Source: an archaeon
Lineage (GTDB): Archaea > Nanobdellota > Nanobdellia > Pacearchaeales > GW2011-AR1
Assembly (NCBI GenBank): GCA_030639065.1
Contig: DAOWDJ010000015.1
Location: 1 to 32,222 of the forward strand
Reading direction: 5' to 3'
Length of the DNA: 32,222 nt
In this document: positions 25,921 to 32,222 of the stretch, in pieces
How the letters are laid out: each line of letters begins with the position of its first letter
How positions within the stretch are numbered: the first letter of the stretch is position 1
Program-made: the position numbers and the translations under genes
Notes under the pieces: model-generated
Databases searched by the model: none
The model's input: the letters and a program-made list of their open reading frames with translations, nothing else
What the model was told of the DNA's origin: nothing

Positions 25921-26355
25921 ATGATTAATTTTAATGAAAGATTTGAAAAAACTAGAAAGACAGTAATTCCTACCAATTGTATAGGTAGTGCCCTTTATTA
26001 TTCTGGTAAAAGAGATATCGATAGATTTTGCCCAAGTGATCATTTTTATCCTAAGTATTTTAATGATTTAGTGAAGATTGAAGATTTTGAAAAGGGATGT
26101 TTTGTTGCTTGGGAGTCTAGAAGAAAAGAATCCGGGAAAGATCCATTTCCTTGGTCTAAAGTAAACGAGGAAGAAAGATATTTGCATCATTTAGCCGTAG
26201 TTTCTTCTATTAATCCTCCAGCTTTAATTCATCGTCCAGGTGCCTGGGTTGAAGATTTCGGTAACGCTTATGCAAAAAGAGGGTCACTGGAAGATGTTGA
26301 TAAAGGATACCACGGAGAAGATGTAGGGCTTGTTCTTTATAATTGGAAAAAATAA
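25921..26355 (+). CDS. Hypothetical protein, possible papain-like Cys-His fold
   Basis: TNCIGSAL ... HHLAVV ... LIHRPG. Confidence 0.6.
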   Translation: MINFNERFEKTRKTVIPTNCIGSALYYSGKRDIDRFCPSDHFYPKYFNDLVKIEDFEKGCFVAWESRRKESGKDPFPWSKVNEEERYLHHLAVVSSINPPALIHRPGAWVEDFGNAYAKRGSLEDVDKGYHGEDVGLVLYNWKK

Positions 26356-26416
26356 TTTATTTTCATTTAATTATTATGATACTATAAGCTTATAAAATTG
26401 GGGTTGTTATGTTTAT

Positions 26417-26767
26417 ATGGAAGAGTGCGTGTTTTGTAAGATTATTGTGGGAGAGATACCAAGCGAGAAGGTTTTTGAGAATGATAGTTTTATTGTGATT
26501 TTGGATATTAATCCAATTTCGGAAGGACATGTGTTGATTATCCCCAAGGAACATTATGAAACTATTTTAGATATGCCAGATGAATTGGGAACTGCACTTG
26601 TTGGCTTGGTTAAAAAAATTGGTGGAGATTGGATCAGCCAAAAGAATAGCAACGGATTTAATTTAATTCAAAGTAATTTTAAAGCGGCACAACAAGAAAT
26701 TCCACATTTGCATTTTCATATTATACCAAGAAGTGAGGATGATGGTTTAAAGTTGAAATTTAAATAA
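26417..26767 (+). CDS. HIT family hydrolase
   Basis: CVFCKI, GHVLIIPKEH, HLHFHIIPR. Confidence 0.96.
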   Translation: MEECVFCKIIVGEIPSEKVFENDSFIVILDINPISEGHVLIIPKEHYETILDMPDELGTALVGLVKKIGGDWISQKNSNGFNLIQSNFKAAQQEIPHLHFHIIPRSEDDGLKLKFK

Positions 26768-26828
26768 ACAATAGAATTTAAATAGGTGAATGGTTAATAA
26801 AATGAATAAAAAGAGGAGGATATTCAAA

Positions 26829-26933
26829 ATGAAAAAGTTTTTTCAAAAATTGTTCGGGAAAAAAGAAGAAGTGGAAGCAGAAGCAGAGATAAAAGAAGAA
26901 GTGGTAGAAGTGAAAGCAAAGAAAAAGAAGTGA
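26829..26933 (+). CDS. Small protein (34 aa) with N-terminal amphipathic helix
   Basis: GAGGAGG SD upstream; MKKFFQKLFGKKEEVEAEAEIKEEVVEVKAKKKK; below the ORF-track size cutoff. Confidence 0.55.
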   Translation: MKKFFQKLFGKKEEVEAEAEIKEEVVEVKAKKKK

Positions 26934-27051
26934 GGCTATATTGAGTAGCTTCAATAAAAAGAGATTATTATATTTTTTTTTAGAGGATAGTTTTAGGTAG
27001 GAGTAATGTGTGATGTTTGGAAATAAATTTAAAAATTTATTGAGATAAGTT

Positions 27052-28449
27052 TTACTTTTTAGAAGTAGTTTTTTCTTGTTTGGGTAAATCCAATTTGATG
27101 TGAATATCTTTGAGTTGTTTGTCAGAAACTGAACTTGGCGCATCCGTCATTAGATCCCGAGCTTCTTTGTTTTTTGGAAACGCAATTGTTTCTCGAATTG
27201 ATTCTGCATTTAATACGGCTTGTACTAATCTATCTAGTCCCCATGCAATTCCACCATGAGGTGGTGCTCCAAATTTCAAAGCATCTAGTAAGAATCCGAA
27301 TTTATCTTTCTGTTCTTTTTCGTCAATTCCTAGAACTTCGAAAACTTTTGCCTGAATATCTGCTTCATGGATTCTAATTGATCCTCCTCCTATCTCTGTT
27401 CCATTCAATACAATATCGTATGCTATAGCTTTAGCAGTTTGTGGATTTTTGGTAAAACTTTCCATTTCTGGGTGTGTAAAAGGATGGTGAACCGCTGTAT
27501 ATTTCCCGTGCTCTTTTGAATATTCAAACGATGGAAAATCTGTCACCCAGCAAAATGCATATTCATTAGGATTATTTTTATCTTTTCTTAAATCCGGTCT
27601 ATCAATTCCATATTTTTTCATAGATTCATCGTAGGTTATTCTTTGAAATGGTGTTTTTATATCCACATTTAAAATTTCTTTCCATATTTTTTGAAGTAAT
27701 TTTTCTGTTAAATTAATTACATCGTCTTGTGAAACAAAAGACATCTCAATATCTAGTTGTGTAAATTCTGGTTGTCTATCGCTTCGAAGATCCTCATCTC
27801 TCATGCATCGTGCAATTTGAAAATATTTTTCAAAGCCTGCAACCATCAGAAGTTGTTTAAATAATTGGGGAGATTGTGGAAGCGCAAAGAATTTTCCTGG
27901 TTGTGTTCTTGAAGGAACTACATAATCTCGTGCTCCTTCTGGAGTTGATTTGGCAAGCATCGGAGTTTCGAATTCGTTAAACCCTTCTTCAAATAAAAAA
28001 TCTCTAATTAGCTTAATTATTTTTCCTCTGAGAAGTAAATTCTTTTGCATCAATGGTCTTCGAAGATCTAGGTATCTATATTTTAATCTAATGTCTTCCC
28101 CAACTTCTTCGTTATCAATATCGAATGGAAGCACTGGACATCTTGTGTATATCTCTAATTCTTCGATTTTAATTTCAACATTTCCTGCAGGAGAATTTTT
28201 ATTTTGTGTCCCCTCCGGCCTAGGTTTTACTTCTCCCTTAATTCTAATACAGGATTCTTTGGAAAGAGATTTTGCGATTTTGAAATTGATTTCATCTTTT
28301 GCTGTTGTAATTGTCTGAACTGTGCCGGTGATGTCTCTAGCCTCTATGAAAATTAATTTCCCGTGTTCCCTGATTGTATCTACCCACCCTTTGATATCAA
28401 CGTTCTTTCCTTCCATCGAGGATAAATCTTTAATCATAATTCTTCCCAT
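27052..28449 (-). CDS. aspS: Aspartyl-tRNA synthetase, bacterial type lacking the GAD insertion
   Basis: RLKYRYLDLRR, STPEGARDY, ALPQSPQLFKQLLM, DRQPEFTQLDIEMSF, GAPPHGGIAWGLDRL. Confidence 0.96.
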   Translation of the reverse strand: MGRIMIKDLSSMEGKNVDIKGWVDTIREHGKLIFIEARDITGTVQTITTAKDEINFKIAKSLSKESCIRIKGEVKPRPEGTQNKNSPAGNVEIKIEELEIYTRCPVLPFDIDNEEVGEDIRLKYRYLDLRRPLMQKNLLLRGKIIKLIRDFLFEEGFNEFETPMLAKSTPEGARDYVVPSRTQPGKFFALPQSPQLFKQLLMVAGFEKYFQIARCMRDEDLRSDRQPEFTQLDIEMSFVSQDDVINLTEKLLQKIWKEILNVDIKTPFQRITYDESMKKYGIDRPDLRKDKNNPNEYAFCWVTDFPSFEYSKEHGKYTAVHHPFTHPEMESFTKNPQTAKAIAYDIVLNGTEIGGGSIRIHEADIQAKVFEVLGIDEKEQKDKFGFLLDALKFGAPPHGGIAWGLDRLVQAVLNAESIRETIAFPKNKEARDLMTDAPSSVSDKQLKDIHIKLDLPKQEKTTSKK

Positions 28450-28522
28450 TCCTTTTTATATAAATCCTGCTTTAAAAGAATTGCGGGGATAGTTTTTTAA
28501 ATTAAATTTTGTTGTTTTTCTT

Positions 28523-28756
28523 ATGGATGCCAATGATTTAGAAAGTGCGATTAACTCTGCAAAAAAGTCAAACGATGTAAATGAGAAGATTGAATCATCT
28601 GAAATGTCTAGTGATCAAGAAATTGGTTTTCACAAGGGTGCATTAAATACGCTTATTGCCGAGAGAACCGAATTGGTTAAAATTATAGGAAATATAGAGG
28701 GGATCATGCAGGCACATATTAAAAGATTGAAAGATCTGGGAGTGGATATAAAATGA
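28523..28756 (+). CDS. Hypothetical protein
   Basis: 77-aa helical ORF with an upstream TATA-like sequence. Confidence 0.75.
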   Translation: MDANDLESAINSAKKSNDVNEKIESSEMSSDQEIGFHKGALNTLIAERTELVKIIGNIEGIMQAHIKRLKDLGVDIK

Positions 28757-28914
28757 ATGTAAAAAAAAGATGTGTAATTATTTCTGGACTTGGTGCTGGT
28801 ACTGGTGGTGCATTGGGTGCCGTTAGTGGTTCAAATAGTTGGATCGTTGTAACTATCGTTTCTGCTGTATTTGCAGTTTTGATGGCTTGGGGATTTGATG
28901 GAATAGTTAAGTAA
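28753..28914 (+). CDS. Small glycine-zipper membrane protein (53 aa)
   Basis: ATGA overlap with the upstream gene; MNVKKRCVIISGLGAGTGGALGAVSGSNSWIVVTIVSAVFAVLMAWGFDGIVK. Confidence 0.65.
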   Translation: MNVKKRCVIISGLGAGTGGALGAVSGSNSWIVVTIVSAVFAVLMAWGFDGIVK

Positions 28915-28946
28915 AAGAATAAATAGGCTGCAACTGTTTGATTAAG

Positions 28947-29882
28947 ATGATAGGAAAAATAATTTTGGTGATATTTATGTTGATTTTATTAGCATTTTCT
29001 TTAATGTTTATGTATCAAAATATCCCGCAGGACCCTATTGAAATGAAAATGGATCGTATTTTTCCTGAACAGATTACCATTATTCCTTATGGAACTACTC
29101 CCGTGTTTGTTGAAAATTTGAGATTTAACCATAATAATATTTCTTATTTTATAGAGAAAGAATGTGCTGGCGTCAGGGAAGATGCGATGCTAGAGGCATT
29201 TAATATTTTTGAAAATAAAATGGATCTGATATCGTTTTATGAAGTTAAAAATAAAACTGAAGCGGATATCAACGTCGGATGTTCGGATAATTATATCGAG
29301 CTTGGTGAAAATTTGTTTGTGGCTGGAGAGGGTGGTCCTTCGAGGATAGTCAATACTAGTATATTTAAATTAATTGAAAAAGGAAAAATTTCTTTATACA
29401 ATGATCCACAATGTAATTACCCTGTTGTTGAATTGCATGAGCTGTTACATGTTTTTGGATTTGATCATTCGGATAACCCCAAGAGTATCATGTATAATAT
29501 GTCAAAATGTGATCAGAGAATCACTAGTGACATGATCGAATTGATTGATAAGTTATATTCTATTGAACCGTTGGCAGATGCCTTAATAAGTGAGCTAACG
29601 GCTGTTAAGAAAGGAAAGTACTTAGATTTTAATATTACTATTTTAAATGAAGGGCTTGTTGGAATTGATGCGATTAATTTGGCTATTATGGTAGGGGATA
29701 AGGAAGTTTATTTGGTTGATTTAGATGAACTTGGTGTTGGATATGGCCGAACGCTAAAGGTAACTAATGTTAAGTTGCTATCGAGAAATGTGGAAAAAGT
29801 AGATTTTGTTTTGGATCCTGAAAATATTATTAGAGAAATTAATGAAGAAAATAATTTTATACAAATGAGCGTTTCGGTTTAA
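28947..29882 (+). CDS. Membrane-anchored matrixin-like zinc metalloprotease with C-terminal CARDB-like domain
   Basis: N-terminal TM helix, HELLHVFGFDH zinc motif, Met-turn SIMY, DPENIIREINEENN; ATG start chosen over TTG at 28938. Confidence 0.88.
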   Translation: MIGKIILVIFMLILLAFSLMFMYQNIPQDPIEMKMDRIFPEQITIIPYGTTPVFVENLRFNHNNISYFIEKECAGVREDAMLEAFNIFENKMDLISFYEVKNKTEADINVGCSDNYIELGENLFVAGEGGPSRIVNTSIFKLIEKGKISLYNDPQCNYPVVELHELLHVFGFDHSDNPKSIMYNMSKCDQRITSDMIELIDKLYSIEPLADALISELTAVKKGKYLDFNITILNEGLVGIDAINLAIMVGDKEVYLVDLDELGVGYGRTLKVTNVKLLSRNVEKVDFVLDPENIIREINEENNFIQMSVSV

Positions 29883-29916
29883 TAAAATTTAAAAGGTTGT
29901 TCTGGATAAAATATTA

Positions 29917-31803
29917 ATGGAAATTGAGGAATTAAAAAGAGATGACTCTCTAGACTATGTTAAAATTTTGAGGGCATTAATGGAATTGCCATTTCAGGTC
30001 GGGAGAAATCTGTTGGTAGATTTTCTAAATGGAGATTATGGGAATAAATCAGTTACAAAAAATAGACTAGATGAGTTAGATAATTTTGGGAAACTACTTT
30101 GGGGCAAAGACAAAATATTCAGAAAGATAGATGAATTGGTGACTAATGGGTTTATTGAGTTGGTGACTAGCGACTATAATAAATTTGTAAAGGTTTTATC
30201 GTTGACAATTAGGGGCCGAAACGAAATCGTGAACCCGACTTTATCTGAAAAAAAACTGGCAAACAAAATTGAATTTAAAAAAACAGAGATTAGCAATGAA
30301 GATCGTAAAAGGTTTGAGGGACTAAATGGGTTCTTGGACCATTTTAATGATGAGCAAAAAAAGGCAGTTATTTCGGAAAATTCAAATATACTTTGTGTTG
30401 CTGGTGCAGGATCTGGAAAGACTATGGTTTTAACTAAGAGAATTGAATTTTTAGTAAAATATAAGGGGGTTGATGTCTCCAAAATTTTAGCTATTACATT
30501 TACTAGAAAGGCTAGGCAGGAAATGGAAAAGCGGCTTCTTGAGCTGGGTATTAAGGGTGTTGTAATTCATACTTTTAATTCGTTTTGTGAAAGAATTTTA
30601 AGAATACACGGGGCTGAAATTTATGGCCGAACGATTCGAGTACAAGGATATGGGGATAAAATTCTCGCGATAAATATGGCTTTAGCGTCGATGGGTTTAA
30701 ACATAGAGGAGGTTGTGAGTAATTATTTTACATCGTCTCAGAAAAAATTTAAAAATAAAGGTCAGCTTACAAACAGTTTTATGAATGATTGTTTTTCGGT
30801 AATGGATTATTTTAAAGTAACTGGAGATGAGTACGATTTCAGTAGGAATGTCGACGAGAAAGAAAAAGATAATGCTCGGAGAATTTATCAGATTACTCAA
30901 TATCTAAAAGAGCATATGAAAACGCAAGGGCTTAGAGACTACACTGATCAAATTATTGATACGATTAAATTTTTCAAAGCTAGTCCCAATAGCATACCTT
31001 CGTTCGATCATGTTCTAGTTGATGAATATCAAGATGTAAACGCTATGCAAATTGAGCTGATTGAATTATTAGCTTCTCCAAACTTGTTTGTCGTCGGAGA
31101 TCCTCGACAGTCCATTTTCGGATGGAGAGGTTCTGATATAGGTTATATTTTGGATTTTGAAAAAACTCATACTAATGTTGACTTAATTCATCTAACTAAA
31201 AATTATCGGAGCGCTAAGGAGATTGTTAAGTTTATGAACCATTCGATCAGTGATATGGGTTTGCCTGATTTGGAACATCATAATGAATTTAGAAATGTTG
31301 AAATTAGGATTTTGGATTTTGAGGGTGAGAAAGCTGAGCAGGAGTTTGTTATAGGGAATATTCTTAATTCAGATGTAGCGAACGAGGATATTTTTGTTTT
31401 GGCTAGAACGAATAGGCAGCTAATGGAATTGTCGCAATCTATGAATGCAAGAGGGATTCCTCATCTTGTGAGGGCAGATATGGGAGTTGGAAAAGGTGAT
31501 AATGAGGGAATCAAAGAAGGAAAAGTTACGCTTGCTAGTGTTCATGCAATTAAAGGATTAGAGACAAAAAAAGTTTTTGTAATTGGAGCTAATGAACAGA
31601 ATTTTCCTTGTAAGGCAAGTGACCATCCTGCAATTGAAATGATAAAAGATGATGATTATAATAAAGAAGAAGAAGAAAGACGATTATTTTACGTGGCAAT
31701 TTCGAGGGCAAAAGAAATTCTGTATGTAACTTATTCCGGGAAGAAACCGACTCATTTTATCAGTGACGAAATGAAACAGATGAATGTCGGCGCTACAAGA
31801 TAG
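29917..31803 (+). CDS. UvrD/REP-family SF1 helicase with N-terminal RQC-like winged-helix domain
   Basis: AGAGSGKT, LAITFT, VDEYQD, VGDPRQSIFGWRG, NYRS, EERRLFYVAISRAK; N-terminus resembles the RecQ RQC domain. Confidence 0.92.
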   Translation: MEIEELKRDDSLDYVKILRALMELPFQVGRNLLVDFLNGDYGNKSVTKNRLDELDNFGKLLWGKDKIFRKIDELVTNGFIELVTSDYNKFVKVLSLTIRGRNEIVNPTLSEKKLANKIEFKKTEISNEDRKRFEGLNGFLDHFNDEQKKAVISENSNILCVAGAGSGKTMVLTKRIEFLVKYKGVDVSKILAITFTRKARQEMEKRLLELGIKGVVIHTFNSFCERILRIHGAEIYGRTIRVQGYGDKILAINMALASMGLNIEEVVSNYFTSSQKKFKNKGQLTNSFMNDCFSVMDYFKVTGDEYDFSRNVDEKEKDNARRIYQITQYLKEHMKTQGLRDYTDQIIDTIKFFKASPNSIPSFDHVLVDEYQDVNAMQIELIELLASPNLFVVGDPRQSIFGWRGSDIGYILDFEKTHTNVDLIHLTKNYRSAKEIVKFMNHSISDMGLPDLEHHNEFRNVEIRILDFEGEKAEQEFVIGNILNSDVANEDIFVLARTNRQLMELSQSMNARGIPHLVRADMGVGKGDNEGIKEGKVTLASVHAIKGLETKKVFVIGANEQNFPCKASDHPAIEMIKDDDYNKEEEERRLFYVAISRAKEILYVTYSGKKPTHFISDEMKQMNVGATR

Positions 31804-31842
31804 ATTTATGAGTGATGCCATTTAGGGGGTTCAAATCATGAG

Positions 31843-31916
31843 TGAGGCTGGTAGGATTTGAACCTACGACCCCCGCCTTATCAGAGCGATGCGCTACCTG
31901 ACTGCGCCACAGCCTC
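31843..31916 (-). tRNA. tRNA-Ile (GAT)
   Basis: Acceptor GAGGCTG/CAGCCTC, anticodon arm TCGCT-CTGATAA-GGCGG, T-arm GTAGG-TTCAAAT-CCTAC. Confidence 0.95.
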
Positions 31917-31991
31917 ATGTAATTAGTCAAGAAAATTTCGATTTATAAAACTAATGATTAACTTTAAAAACCAATTTTTAATGAATATAAT

Positions 31992-32222
31992 ATGGGAGTT
32001 ACAAAATATCTTAGGGCAGCGTGGAAGAATCCGGATGTGAAGTTACTTAGGGCGAGAATGATTGAGTGGCGGAGAGCTGGTGCGATTACTCGGGTTGATA
32101 AGCCGTTGAGGTTGGATAGGGCACGATCTTTGGGTTATAAAGCAAAGAAAGGAGTGGTTGTTGTCAGAGTTAAAATAAAACGGGGTGGACATAAAAGGTC
32201 GCGTCCGAATAAAGCGAGGAGG
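31992..32222 (+). CDS. rpl15e: 50S ribosomal protein L15e (5' partial)
   Basis: [14 protein letters not shown]...EWRR...[29 protein letters not shown]. Confidence 0.95.
   Translation, partial: MGVTKYLRAAWKNPDVKLLRARMIEWRRAGAITRVDKPLRLDRARSLGYKAKKGVVVVRVKIKRGGHKRSRPNKARR

Noticed and set aside
117-30900. Numerous ORF-track entries antisense to or overlapping recognised genes (e.g. 3286-3486, 6535-6945, 8660-9130, 9274-9663, 21278-21580, 26778-27143)
   Set aside because: They are shadow ORFs opposite well-supported genes or tRNAs, with F/L/S/I-biased composition and no motifs.

Overview
AT-rich archaeal genomic DNA whose gene content and compact organisation suggest a DPANN archaeon (Pacearchaeota/Woesearchaeota-like; inferred). 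Housekeeping genes include pheS/pheT, pyrH, RNase P Rpp30, rpoE1-spt4-rps24e-rps27ae, scpA, ftsZ, hisS, gatA/gatC, a bacterial-type aspS, an RQC-UvrD helicase and the start of rpl15e. There are five tRNA genes: Thr-GGT, Trp-CCA (16-nt intron), Asn-GTT, His-GTG and Ile-GAT. The most striking unexplained signal lies 3' of the tRNA genes. At Thr, Trp and Asn (twice, in tandem), and vestigially at Ile, the gene is followed by an inverted copy of its own T-arm. Next comes a direct copy of its own 3' third, interrupted in the T-loop by a 64-74 nt hairpin insert. Inserts are shared between different tRNA loci (Thr/Asn, and probably Trp/His). This points to a tRNA T-loop-targeting miniature element or an RNA-level pre-tRNA switch. 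A free-standing HNH endonuclease gene ends inside tRNA-Trp, and a candidate structured ncRNA lies at about 14.85-14.95 kb. All calls come from reading the sequence; no searches were run.
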